The notes under the pieces are model-generated. The model was given only the letters and a program-made list of their open reading frames with translations, had not been told where the DNA came from and ran no database searches. The translations under genes were made by a program, and so were the position numbers. Positions 18,318 through 27,656 of a stretch of DNA of 64,000 nt are shown here, one piece after another (within the stretch, counting starts at the first letter, position 1; every line of letters begins with the position of its first letter). The stretch is from Acidimicrobiales bacterium (lineage in GTDB: Bacteria; Actinomycetota; Acidimicrobiia; Acidimicrobiales; SZUA-35): the NCBI GenBank assembly GCA_037969565.1, contig JBBKXQ010000161.1:492-64491 (forward strand), read 5' to 3'.

Positions 18318-18986
18318 ATGTCGATGTTCCGAAATGTCATGGTGTATCTGGGTCTCGGCCCCGATGAGGAGTATGACGACAGCTACCTGTACGAGGACGA
18401 TCAGGCAGAGCCAACCCACGGAGAAGCGGGGGGCACGCACCGATCCGAGTCCAGTGTTCGCGGTCCTTCATCGAATGACGAGTTCGCCCATTCAGCGCCC
18501 TATCCGGCCTCCAACACGGTTGGTGCTCCCAGTCCTGTAGCCAGCTCCAGCTCCAGCTTCGGCGGCAGCGGCGGCACGGTTGGTTCGGTTCGCCCGATCC
18601 GGCCTGCGCCCTCCGATGACGAACCCGGCTTTCGGGTCCGGGCCATGTCCAGCGGCTCGGGCTCCGCCTCCGGCGATTCTCACGAGCGAACGGTGCGGGC
18701 CGTACCGATTCAGCGCAGCAAACCGCGAGCGATCTCACCCCAGTCCTTCGGCGACGCAAAGATCTTGGCCGATGAGTTCAAACGGCAGATACCGGTCGTG
18801 ATGAACATCCAAGACGCCGATCGCGAGCTCGCCCGACGCCTCATCGACTTCTCGAGCGGCGTTTGTTACGCCCTCGGTGGATCGATGGACAAGCTTGCCA
18901 GCAACGTGTTCCTGCTCACGCCCAAGGGCGTTGAAGTGTCCGACGACGATCGTCGCCGAATCGAAGAGCGCGGCTTCGATCGCTGA
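18318..18986 (+). CDS. sepF: cell division protein SepF
   Basis: N-terminal amphipathic MSMFRNVMVYLGL, a Ser/Pro-rich linker, and a conserved C-terminal domain (PQSFGDAKILADEFKRQIPVVMNI...FLLTP). Confidence 0.85.
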   Translation: MSMFRNVMVYLGLGPDEEYDDSYLYEDDQAEPTHGEAGGTHRSESSVRGPSSNDEFAHSAPYPASNTVGAPSPVASSSSSFGGSGGTVGSVRPIRPAPSDDEPGFRVRAMSSGSGSASGDSHERTVRAVPIQRSKPRAISPQSFGDAKILADEFKRQIPVVMNIQDADRELARRLIDFSSGVCYALGGSMDKLASNVFLLTPKGVEVSDDDRRRIEERGFDR

Positions 18987-19147
18987 TCGGGACGATTCGT
19001 CGCCGCACCGATCCGGTGTTTGACGACTGATCGAGCGGAACGTGGACACTCGAAGGCAAGGCCGACGACAGAAAGGGCCTCCGAGTGTGAACAGGTTCCT
19101 TGGCGATCGCCGCAAGGTGGGGCATCGACGGGACTACTCTCCCGTTC

Positions 19148-20485
19148 ATGGTTGGACCGAACGAGAAGCTCCGCGTGCTTCGCCGCCTCCCCGAGGTGGT
19201 TTTTGATGAAGAGATGCACGGCTACAACAAACATCAGGTCGACAAGGTGCTCGACCGTCTCGCTCCCTTGGCTGACGAGGTCGACGCACTCCTCGGGCGC
19301 CTGAGCGAGGCCGAGCAGCGGGCTGCGGCCGCCGAGGCCCGCTTGGTCGAACAGGGAAGCCAGCCGAGTGGCCAGGCCGGTGCCGCTCCCCAGGCCATCC
19401 AAGCGCCGGCTGATTTCGATGAAACGCTCAGCAAAACCCTCCTGCTGGCCCAGCGCACCGCCGACATGACGGTGAAAGAGGCCGAGGAAACGGCCGAGCG
19501 AATCCGGTCCGAGGCAGCCTCCGAAGCAACCGAGCGGCGTGAGGCCGCCGCCTCCGACATCGATCGCTTGCGGGCCGAGAACGAAGCGGAACAACTCGCG
19601 GCGGCCGAGCAAGCCAGCCGCGAGGTCGCCGAATCGATCTCGGCTGCCCGGAACGCCCTCTCTGAGAAGGTCTCCGCCGCCGAGCTCGAACTCTCCGAAG
19701 CGCACGAGTCCACTCGAGCCGATCTCATCTCCCAGATCGCCGCACTGCAGCGCACTCGTGATGCGCTCGCCGCCGATGTCGATCACTTCGAGGGCCACCT
19801 CGCCGCCCGTCGCGAAACCATCCGTGACGCCGTGGCCGAGCTGTCGGCGGTTGTGGAAGATCCCGAGCGATTGCGCACCACGATGCCGCCCACTCCCGCT
19901 GCAATTGCCGATGACAACGTCGTCGACAACCAGGCGATTTCCATCGATGTGCCTTCCCTCGATTCCCTCGCTGACGGTGTCTCGACCCATCACGGGTCTG
20001 AGCTGAGCTGGACGAGTGAAGAGGAACACGGTGATGAGGTACACGCGGCAGATCCAGGCGGCGACGCCACCGCCGACGACCTCCTCACCGACCCCGACTT
20101 CTTGGCCGAGGCCGCTCGCAACGAGATGGCGCTCGGCGACGATGTGTCCGACGGCGGCGAGGCCACCGAAGCCGTACCGATCATCTTCACCGACGACGAC
20201 AGCGACCACTCTGGCAACGGACACGGCCATCAAGGAAGCGCAGACGACATCAACCTCGATGCTCAGCTGATCGACTCCGACGGCGTTGCCCGCCCGGCGT
20301 GGGCCGATTCGGTTCCCGACGCGGAGGTCGACTTGGAAGCACCGTCATCGGGTGACCCGTTCCTCGATGAACTTCGTCGGGTCACCACCGAGGATGGCGG
20401 CAGCGACGACGATCAGGCCCTCGCCAACTTCCTCAGCGAAGACAGCGAGGACGACAAAGGTGGCTGGTTCGGCCGACGGCGCTGA
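19148..20485 (+). CDS. divIVA: DivIVA-domain protein with long acidic C-terminal extension
   Basis: DivIVA N-domain pattern (F..EMHGYNKHQVDKVLDRL) followed by A/E-rich coiled coil and a D/E-rich tail. Start is ATG 19148; an in-frame TTG at 19100 is also possible. Confidence 0.75.
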   Translation: MVGPNEKLRVLRRLPEVVFDEEMHGYNKHQVDKVLDRLAPLADEVDALLGRLSEAEQRAAAAEARLVEQGSQPSGQAGAAPQAIQAPADFDETLSKTLLLAQRTADMTVKEAEETAERIRSEAASEATERREAAASDIDRLRAENEAEQLAAAEQASREVAESISAARNALSEKVSAAELELSEAHESTRADLISQIAALQRTRDALAADVDHFEGHLAARRETIRDAVAELSAVVEDPERLRTTMPPTPAAIADDNVVDNQAISIDVPSLDSLADGVSTHHGSELSWTSEEEHGDEVHAADPGGDATADDLLTDPDFLAEAARNEMALGDDVSDGGEATEAVPIIFTDDDSDHSGNGHGHQGSADDINLDAQLIDSDGVARPAWADSVPDAEVDLEAPSSGDPFLDELRRVTTEDGGSDDDQALANFLSEDSEDDKGGWFGRRR

Positions 20486-20521
20486 ACCGATCGGTTCCCG
20501 AGCCGGGGCCGTTGGCTTTCA

Positions 20522-23500
20522 CTAGGCCTTGCTGAAACCGATCTTGATGGCCGTGCCGCCCAAGTCGTGGGTGATGAGCTTGCTGGTGGTGAGGGTGTGG
20601 GCGTCGTCGATCGGGGCGCTGATGATGTCGAGGGCCAGAACGCTGCCGGCGATGAACTGCAGGTGAGGAGCGAGAGATTCCTGCATCTCGTCGGACAACC
20701 CCAGAATCAGATCGATCCGGTCGGTGACGTCGAGATCGGCTTCCTTACGCTCCTGCTGGATGATCCGAACGAGATCTCGGGCCATTCCTTCGGCTTCGAG
20801 TTCGGCGGTGAGCTCGGTGTCGAGAGCAACGACGGCGTCATTGCCCGGCAGGGGAGCGGCCGCGACCCCATCGAGGGGGTCGAGCGCGAGTGCGAACTCG
20901 TCCCCCGTGAGGACGTGTCCTGCCACGGTGACGGTTCCGTCTTCGTTGCTGATCCAGTCTCCGGCCTTGGCCGCCTTGATCACGGTTTGCACGTCTTTGC
21001 CGAGTTTGGGTCCGAGCTGTCGACCGTTGGGCTGGAGCCGGAAGGTGCCGTATTCTCCGACGTCATCACTGAAGTTCACGCTCTTGACGTTGATTTCATC
21101 GGCCAACAAATCGGCAAACGGGCGGATCGACGCCGCGCCGGCACCGGCAACGGTGGCCGAGGCCAGGGGAAGGCGGACGCGGAGGCCCCGCTCTTCACGA
21201 AGTGACAATGCCGCAGAGGCGGCCTGCCGGAGACGATCCATGGCCGAGACCAGATCAGGGTTGGCCGGCAGTTCTCGGACGTCAGGCCACGACTGCAGGT
21301 GGACCGACGTCGGGTCGGTTCCGACCGGCGTCAATCCGCCCCAGATCTCTTCTGCGATCATCGGTAGGTAGGGGGCAATGACGCGGACGAATGTGTTGAG
21401 CACCGTTCCGAGGGTGTCGATCGCGTTGGCCGTGTCGGCTTCGGTGCTGTCCGTGCCCCAGAAACGGTCGCGTGAACGACGGATGTACCAGTTGTTGAGC
21501 GCGTCGAGGTAACTCTGGATGGCACTGGCTGCGGTGGCAAGATCGTAAGCATCGAGACGGTCGGTGACCGTGTCGACGAGTTCTCTGGTCTTGGCGAGGA
21601 TGTACTGATCCAAGACATCGGGAGAGTCGGTCCTCATGGCGGCCTGGCGACCTTCAGCGTTCGCGTACAGAACGAAGAAGGAGTAGGCGTTCCAGATCGG
21701 CAGGATGACCTGTCGGGTGACCTCGTCGATCGCCTGATCGCTGATGCGGGCGTCGCCGCCCCGAACGATGTTGCTCGACAGGAAGTACCACCGGAGCGCA
21801 TCGGCGCCCTGTTTGTCGAAGATCTCGTTCGGTTCGGTGTAGTTCCGGAGCTTTTTCGAGAGCTTGTTGCCGTCTTCGGCCAGAAGGATTCCGTGGCAGA
21901 TCACGTTCTGAAATGCCGGACGGTCGAACAGGGCGCCGGCCAGGACGTGGAGGGTGTAGAACCATCCCCTGGTCTGGTTGATGTATTCCACGATGAAATC
22001 CGCGGGGAAGTGTTCTTCGAACCAGTCTTTGTTCTCGAACGGGTAGTGCACCTGGGCGAAGGGCATCGAGCCACTCTCGAACCAGCAGTCGAGGACTTCC
22101 TCGACTCGGCGCATCGTTGATCGACCACTCGGGTCGTCGGGGTTCGGGCGGGTGAGCTCGTCGATGTTCGGACGATGGAGGTCGGTGGGACGGATGCCGA
22201 AATCCCGCTCGATCTCATCGAGGCTGCCATAGACGTCGAGCCGGGGAAACGCCGGATCGTCACTCTTCCAGATCGGAATGGGCGATCCCCAGAATCGGTT
22301 GCGGCTGATCGACCAATCGCGGGCACCGGCGAGCCACTGACCGAATCGCCCGTCGCGGACGTTGCTCGGAACCCAGTTGATCTCCTGATTCAGCTGTTCG
22401 AGGCGATCGCGGATCGCGGTGACCTCGACGTACCACGAGGAGATCGCCTTGTAGATGATCGGGGTGTCGGTTCGCCAGCAATGGGGATAGTTGTGCTCGT
22501 AGGAATCGTGGCGGATGATGCTGCCGGCCGATTTGAGGTGGCGGATGATTCCGGCGTTGGCATCGAAAACGTTTTCGCCAGCCCATTCGGGAACATCGTC
22601 GGTGAACCGGCCCTGATCGTTGACCGGCACGGCCTGAAGAATCTGGATCCCGTTCGCCTCGGAGATGCGTTGGTCGTCTTCGCCGAAACCGGGTGCCATG
22701 TGCACGATTCCGGTTCCCTCGCTGGTGTCGACGAAGTCGGCCTCGAGGACGCGAAACGCCGGCGACTCGTGCTCGGGGTTCTTCCGATCGGCGAAGTAGG
22801 GAAACAGGGGTTCGTAGGTGCGGCCGACCAGCTCACGGCCGAGCAGGGTGCCGATCACCTCGGAGTCGCCGAGTTGGGGGGCATAGTTTGCAGCTGCGTC
22901 GGTGCCGATGACGACGAGTTGGCCGGCCAGGCCCTCGGCGCTGGAACCCACGCGGATGATCGAATATTCGATGTCGGGTCCGACTGCGAGCGCGAGGTTG
23001 GACGGCAGTGTCCACGGGGTGGTGGTCCAGGCCAGCATGGACATCGGGCCCTGGTCGCCTTCTTGCCCGTCGAGTTCGAAGGCAACGGTGAGGGCGGGAT
23101 CCTGGCGGGGACGAGTGGCATCGTCGAGCCGGATCTCGAAGTTGGACAACGGCGTCTCGGCCCCCCAGGAGTAGGGCATGACCCGGTAGGCCTCGTAGAT
23201 GAGGCCCTTGTCGTAGAGCTGTTTGAAGGCCCACATGACCGACTCCATGTAGGAGACGTCCATCGTCTTGTAGTCGTTTTCGAAGTCGACCCACCGAGCC
23301 TGTCGGTTGACCGTTTTCTCCCACTCCGACGTGTAACGCATCACCGATGTTCGGCACTGGTCGTTGAAGTTCCCGATACCGAACTCGGTGATCGCCACTC
23401 GGCCCGACACTCCGAGCTGCTTTTCGGTTTCCATCTCGGCGGGCAGCCCGTGGCAATCCCATCCGAAGCGACGATCGACCCGTTTGCCTCGCATCGTCTG

Positions 23501-23734
23501 ATAGCGGGGTACGAGGTCTTTCACATAGCCGGTGAGGAGGTGGCCGTGGTGAGGGAGACCGTTGGCGAACGGGGGGCCGTCGTAGAAGACGAACTCGTTG
23601 TCGGTCGAGCGTTGCTCGATCGATGCCTTGAACGTTCCATCGGCAGCCCAGCGGTCGAGAATTCGTTGCTCGATGGCCGGAAAGTCGGCACGAGCGGGAA
23701 CCTCGGGATAGGGCGCAGATGATGGACTCGACAT
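20522..23734 (-). CDS. ileS: isoleucine--tRNA ligase (long, type-2 form)
   Basis: PFANGLPHHGHLL (HIGH) and KLSKKL (KMSKS). N-terminus from ATG 23734 is MSSPSSAPYPEVPARADFPAIEQRILDRW. The tracked ORF starts at GTG 23776. Confidence 0.9.
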   Translation of the reverse strand: MSSPSSAPYPEVPARADFPAIEQRILDRWAADGTFKASIEQRSTDNEFVFYDGPPFANGLPHHGHLLTGYVKDLVPRYQTMRGKRVDRRFGWDCHGLPAEMETEKQLGVSGRVAITEFGIGNFNDQCRTSVMRYTSEWEKTVNRQARWVDFENDYKTMDVSYMESVMWAFKQLYDKGLIYEAYRVMPYSWGAETPLSNFEIRLDDATRPRQDPALTVAFELDGQEGDQGPMSMLAWTTTPWTLPSNLALAVGPDIEYSIIRVGSSAEGLAGQLVVIGTDAAANYAPQLGDSEVIGTLLGRELVGRTYEPLFPYFADRKNPEHESPAFRVLEADFVDTSEGTGIVHMAPGFGEDDQRISEANGIQILQAVPVNDQGRFTDDVPEWAGENVFDANAGIIRHLKSAGSIIRHDSYEHNYPHCWRTDTPIIYKAISSWYVEVTAIRDRLEQLNQEINWVPSNVRDGRFGQWLAGARDWSISRNRFWGSPIPIWKSDDPAFPRLDVYGSLDEIERDFGIRPTDLHRPNIDELTRPNPDDPSGRSTMRRVEEVLDCWFESGSMPFAQVHYPFENKDWFEEHFPADFIVEYINQTRGWFYTLHVLAGALFDRPAFQNVICHGILLAEDGNKLSKKLRNYTEPNEIFDKQGADALRWYFLSSNIVRGGDARISDQAIDEVTRQVILPIWNAYSFFVLYANAEGRQAAMRTDSPDVLDQYILAKTRELVDTVTDRLDAYDLATAASAIQSYLDALNNWYIRRSRDRFWGTDSTEADTANAIDTLGTVLNTFVRVIAPYLPMIAEEIWGGLTPVGTDPTSVHLQSWPDVRELPANPDLVSAMDRLRQAASAALSLREERGLRVRLPLASATVAGAGAASIRPFADLLADEINVKSVNFSDDVGEYGTFRLQPNGRQLGPKLGKDVQTVIKAAKAGDWISNEDGTVTVAGHVLTGDEFALALDPLDGVAAAPLPGNDAVVALDTELTAELEAEGMARDLVRIIQQERKEADLDVTDRIDLILGLSDEMQESLAPHLQFIAGSVLALDIISAPIDDAHTLTTSKLITHDLGGTAIKIGFSKA

Positions 23735-23900
23735 GGGCCGGAAGGGTATCGGTGGTGGTTGTGGCCGACGCTGCACTTTCCGCCGGCCGGGCCCCTTTCG
23801 TCTCGGATCGGAGAACCCACGGCAGGTATGTGCGCCTTCTGTTGGCAGCGACCTACACTCCTTCGACTTCCGGCCCGCCTCATTCGTGCCTCAGCCCGTG

Positions 23901-24857
23901 ATGCGAGTCACGGTTCTGGGTTTCGCTCAGCGGCCGCAACCAGATCCAGCCTCCAAGAAAGTGGCAGAAGAACCCGTGGCGCCAAAGACAGCACCCGCCA
24001 AGAAGGCACCCGCCAAGAAGGCTTCGGCCAAGAAGGCAGCAGCGGCGACCAAGGCTCCGGCCAAGAAGGCAGCAGCAGCCAAGAAGGCTCCAGTCAAGAA
24101 GGCTCCAGTCAAGAAGGCTCCAGTCAAGAAGGCAGCAGCAGCGAAGAAGGCTCCAGTCAAGAAGGCAGCAGCAGCCAAGAAGGCTCCAGCCAAGAAAGCT
24201 CCAGCGACCAAGGCAGCAGCAAAAAAGGCATCGGCCAAGAAGGCAACTCCTGTGACAACGGCATCGGCCACAAAGGCGGCACCCATGACGACTGCATCGG
24301 CGAAGAAGGCCGAACCAAAGACAGCAACAAAGTCAGCAACCAAAACTGCGGGCAAAACGGCAACGAAGACCGCAACAAAGCAGGCGGCAGCCGAGAAGCC
24401 GTCAACGAAGCTCCCTCCCCGCATCATGTCAGCGAAGAAGTTGGCGGCGGCCGAACGGGGAGCGCCCGAGAAGTTGGTGGTTCCGGCCTGGCTCAAAGAC
24501 AAGAAGTGGTTGGCCCAGCAGCGTGCGGCCTTGCTCGAAGAGCGGGCGACGTATACCCACAATGCGGAGTCCCTGGCCGCCGAAGCGGCAGCGCTGATGG
24601 CCGACCGTGAACCCGGAGATGTCCAGTTCGACGAAGAATCAGGCGAAGGCGACACCCTCGCCGTCGAACGAGATCGCGATCTGGCCCTTTCGGCCAAGGC
24701 TCGCGAGAAGGTCGACGAGATCGATGCGGCACTCGCTCGCCTCGCTGCCGGCACCTATGGCATCTGCATCAGCGGCGAAGACATCATTCCCAAGGAACGC
24801 CTCGAGGCGTTGGTGATGGCGCCGAAGTGCGTGCATCACCAAACGCAGATGTTCTAG
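23901..24857 (+). CDS. histone-H1-like (AKKA-repeat) / DksA-TraR-like fusion protein (DdbA-like)
   Basis: About 200 aa of A/K/P/T repeats ([26 protein letters not shown]). This is followed by a coiled coil and a C-terminal [31 protein letters not shown] resembling the DksA/TraR zinc finger. The exact start is uncertain; the tracked ORF begins at 23733. Confidence 0.7.
   Translation: MRVTVLGFAQRPQPDPASKKVAEEPVAPKTAPAKKAPAKKASAKKAAAATKAPAKKAAAAKKAPVKKAPVKKAPVKKAAAAKKAPVKKAAAAKKAPAKKAPATKAAAKKASAKKATPVTTASATKAAPMTTASAKKAEPKTATKSATKTAGKTATKTATKQAAAEKPSTKLPPRIMSAKKLAAAERGAPEKLVVPAWLKDKKWLAQQRAALLEERATYTHNAESLAAEAAALMADREPGDVQFDEESGEGDTLAVERDRDLALSAKAREKVDEIDAALARLAAGTYGICISGEDIIPKERLEALVMAPKCVHHQTQMF
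23993..24240 (+). repeat. in-frame tandem/low-complexity repeats encoding AKKA motifs
   Basis: aagaaggctccagtc occurs three times exactly in tandem (24081-24125), flanked by many aagaaggc(a/t) variants. Confidence 0.85.
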
Positions 24858-24860
24858 TCG

Positions 24861-25409
24861 GTGTCCAAGAAAGCATCACGGGGTTGGCTCACGCCGTCGC
24901 TCGGTCGAGCCGTCGTCGTCGCGTCGATCGTTCTGGGCCTCGATCAGCTCACCAAGTGGTGGGCTGTCGAAGCGTTGGAATCGAAATCCTGCACGGTCGA
25001 TGGAGCTTGCATCGATGTTCTCGGTCCGTTGCGTTTCCACCTCTCGTTCAATCCAGGGGCGGCTTTCAGTAGCTTCACCGGTGGGGGCCAGGTGCTCGGT
25101 CTCGTTGCGCTCGGGATGTCGATCTACCTGCTCAGATTGGCCTCACAGTCCACCGATCATTGGATGCCCTGGTTGTTCGGCGCCGTGGTCGGCGGCGCAC
25201 TGGGCAACCTCACCGACCGACTTTTCCGGTCGGATGGCGGCATCCTGAACGGCGCCGTCGTCGATTTCATCGACCTCCAGTTCTGGCCGATCTTCAACGT
25301 CGCCGACGTTGGCGTGGTTGCCGGAGTGATCTTGCTCGGATTCCGACTTTGGCACATTGAACGCCGAAGCTCGGAGTTCACCGTCGCTGCCGACGAGACA
25401 GAAGCATGA
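24861..25409 (+). CDS. lspA: lipoprotein signal peptidase (signal peptidase II)
   Basis: Four-TM protein with the conserved FNPGAAFS and WPIFNVADVGV motifs. Confidence 0.85.
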   Translation: MSKKASRGWLTPSLGRAVVVASIVLGLDQLTKWWAVEALESKSCTVDGACIDVLGPLRFHLSFNPGAAFSSFTGGGQVLGLVALGMSIYLLRLASQSTDHWMPWLFGAVVGGALGNLTDRLFRSDGGILNGAVVDFIDLQFWPIFNVADVGVVAGVILLGFRLWHIERRSSEFTVAADETEA

Positions 25410-26368
25410 TCGAACACATCGAAGAAACCATTCCAGAAGCGCTCGACGGACTCCGGATCGACCGGGTGATCGCTCTCGTTGCTGATATCAGCCGGACCGA
25501 AGCATCGTCGCTCCTCGCCGCCGGCTCGGTTCTCATCAATGATGCAGCGCCGACGAAGCCTTCGGATCGCGTCGCGCAGGGGCAGGTCCTCCAGTTCGAC
25601 GTCGAGCGGAAATCAGATGAACTGATCCCAGATCCATCCGTCATTGTTCCCGTGGTCTTCGAGGACGAGCAGTTTCTCGTCGTCGACAAACCGGCAGGGA
25701 TGATCGTGCACCCTGGTTCGGGCGCGTCGAGCGGCACGATGGCCCACGGCCTCATCGCCCGGTATCCCGAGATGCTCGGTGTGGGCGACAAAGGACGACC
25801 CGGGATTGTTCATCGCCTCGACAAGGGCACGTCGGGTCTCCTGCTGGTGGCCCGCACCGCGGCGGCGCTCGAGTCGCTGTCGGCCCAACTCGGTGCCCGT
25901 TCGGTGCTCCGACGCTACATCAGCTTGGTGTGGGGTCGAGTGGCATCAGCGGAGGGCCTGATCGATGCGCCGCTGGGCCGTTCGCCGCGCGACGCCACGA
26001 GGCAGGCTGTCGTAGCCGGAGGTCGGGTTGCCCGCACCCGCTACGAAGTGCTCGAGTCCTTCATCGATCCGGAGGCCACGCTGATTTCGTGTCGGCTCGA
26101 AACCGGCCGGACCCACCAGATTCGCGTTCACCTCGATGCCATCGGGCATCCCGTCGTTGGTGATGACCGATACGGAAAGAGCACCGACGATCTCGGACTC
26201 GGTCGCCCCTTCCTCCATGCCGAAACGCTGGGCTTCGAGCATCCCGAGACCGGGCAGTGGATGCAGTTCTCATCGGAGTTGCCGGCTGATCTGGCCGACC
26301 TGCTCGCCGAATGCCAAACGAGACACGCGGCGGCCAAGGCTGCCGATCCGAAACCGGGCGCCCTGTAG
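25406..26368 (+). CDS. rluD: RluA-family 23S rRNA pseudouridine synthase with S4 domain
   Basis: N-terminal S4-like segment and the catalytic HRLDKGTSGLLLVA motif. ATGA overlap with lspA. Confidence 0.8.
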   Translation: MIEHIEETIPEALDGLRIDRVIALVADISRTEASSLLAAGSVLINDAAPTKPSDRVAQGQVLQFDVERKSDELIPDPSVIVPVVFEDEQFLVVDKPAGMIVHPGSGASSGTMAHGLIARYPEMLGVGDKGRPGIVHRLDKGTSGLLLVARTAAALESLSAQLGARSVLRRYISLVWGRVASAEGLIDAPLGRSPRDATRQAVVAGGRVARTRYEVLESFIDPEATLISCRLETGRTHQIRVHLDAIGHPVVGDDRYGKSTDDLGLGRPFLHAETLGFEHPETGQWMQFSSELPADLADLLAECQTRHAAAKAADPKPGAL

Positions 26369-26426
26369 CCCGAAGCGATCCGCCGACGGTTGATCGCGTC
26401 GACCGCACCCCCCCGACGAGAAGCAG

Positions 26427-27041
26427 TCACCAACGACCGGTGTGTCGGATGGCGTTCAACGCGGGCCGTTCCCGACCGACCGACCGCCCTGGGCTGTCAG
26501 CGCCGTCGGGAATCCCGAGCGCGATCGTGCAGACGAGCCGGCGATCGTCGGGCACCGCGAAGCGTGAGCGGACCGACTCCTCGTGATCGAAGAGCCCGAA
26601 CAGGCAGGCTCCGAGATCACGCTCGGTCGCCAGCAACAGGATGTTCTGAGCCACCGCGCCGGCATCGATCCACCAGAACGGCTGCATCCAGTCGTCGGCC
26701 GACGAACCCAGGCCGGGTCGCTCCTTGTCGGACTCGGCATACCGCGAAACGTAGGCGTCGGGACGGGTGGTGAGAATGATCAAGACGGGCGCCCGGAGCA
26801 ATCCCTGCCACCGAAACGAATCCCGTTTCGATGCCGGCAGTGTGGTGTCCCAGTAGGCATCGACGTCTTCCCGCTGGCCGAGAACCAGATACTCGGTGGC
26901 CTGAGTGTTTCCGGCTGACGGCGCACGGCGGGCCAGATCGAGAAGATCATCGATGGCATCGAGATCGATCGGGGTGGGGAGGAAACTCCGCACCATGTGC
27001 CGGCGCCGAATAACGCCGGACAGCGTGTCGGCCGTCGTCAA
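26427..27041 (-). CDS. nitroreductase family protein
   Basis: RRHMVRSF...APSAGNTQ pattern of the nitroreductase fold. 204 aa. Confidence 0.65.
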   Translation of the reverse strand: MTTADTLSGVIRRRHMVRSFLPTPIDLDAIDDLLDLARRAPSAGNTQATEYLVLGQREDVDAYWDTTLPASKRDSFRWQGLLRAPVLIILTTRPDAYVSRYAESDKERPGLGSSADDWMQPFWWIDAGAVAQNILLLATERDLGACLFGLFDHEESVRSRFAVPDDRRLVCTIALGIPDGADSPGRSVGRERPALNAIRHTGRW

Positions 27042-27093
27042 GATTCGATCCTCATGATCCGAGCCCGAGGATCCGAGCTCGAGGATCCCAGCT

Positions 27094-27552
27094 TCATGAA
27101 CCGAGGTGGGTCACGGGCTGGGCCGGCCACTCGGCCACGCCCTCAGCCATCTTGGACACGTCGGCGAGCGAGAAACCCTCGAGGTGGTCTCGCATGTGCG
27201 CACCCACGTTGTTCCACACGGCGAGTAACACACATTGCCCCTCGTGGTCGCAGGCACCCCCGGTGTGCGGCTCTCCGAAGTCTCCCAGCGTGATCGGACC
27301 ATCGACGGCGCGGACGATCTGGGCCAGTGTGATCTCCTCGGCCGCTCGGGCCAGCACATAACCGCCGCCCACCCCTCGCTTCGACTTGACGATCCCGGCA
27401 CCCTTCAGAGCCAGCAGGATTTGCTCGAGGTAGGGCTGGGGAAGTCCGGTTCGCTCAGCGATCTGGCGAACCGTGGTTGGACCGTCGGCGTCATGTAGCG
27501 AGAGAGACAGCAATGCTCGAGCGGCGTAATCGCCCCGGGTCGACACCTTCAC
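27094..27552 (-). CDS. Rrf2-family transcriptional regulator
   Basis: GTG start gives VKVSTRGDYAARALLSLSL, the typical Rrf2 N-terminus, plus a winged helix (TVRQIAERTGLPQPYLEQILLALKGAGIV). Only two clustered Cys (CDHEGQC). The tracked ORF extends to 27693. Confidence 0.8.
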   Translation of the reverse strand: MKVSTRGDYAARALLSLSLHDADGPTTVRQIAERTGLPQPYLEQILLALKGAGIVKSKRGVGGGYVLARAAEEITLAQIVRAVDGPITLGDFGEPHTGGACDHEGQCVLLAVWNNVGAHMRDHLEGFSLADVSKMAEGVAEWPAQPVTHLGS

Positions 27553-27575
27553 GGCAGCGACACTAGTGCCCCAAC

Positions 27576-27589
27576 CGCAAACGTTTGCG
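27576..27589. promoter_or_regulatory. 14-bp perfect palindrome, candidate Rrf2 operator
   Basis: CGCAAACGTTTGCG sits 24 bp upstream of the Rrf2 GTG, in the 104-bp divergent intergenic region. Confidence 0.35.
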
Positions 27590-27656
27590 CCCACGGCCCG
27601 CTTCTTCTCCTGATCGGGCGCCTCCTGTCGTCGAGGGGCCGAAGTAGATTGCTGGC

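Noticed and set aside
23735-23900. Calling the ileS leader a T-box riboswitch feature.
   Set aside because: The context fits known actinobacterial ileS T-boxes. However, I could not find the conserved T-box sequence (GGUGGNACCGCG-like) or a clear specifier loop on the ileS strand. It is kept as a finding to be tested with a covariance model, not as an annotated ncRNA.
23993-24385. Regular short repeats that could be mistaken for a CRISPR or other non-coding array.
   Set aside because: The units are 15 bp or shorter, contiguous with no spacers, in frame, and encode the AKKA/TKTA low-complexity domain of a protein.
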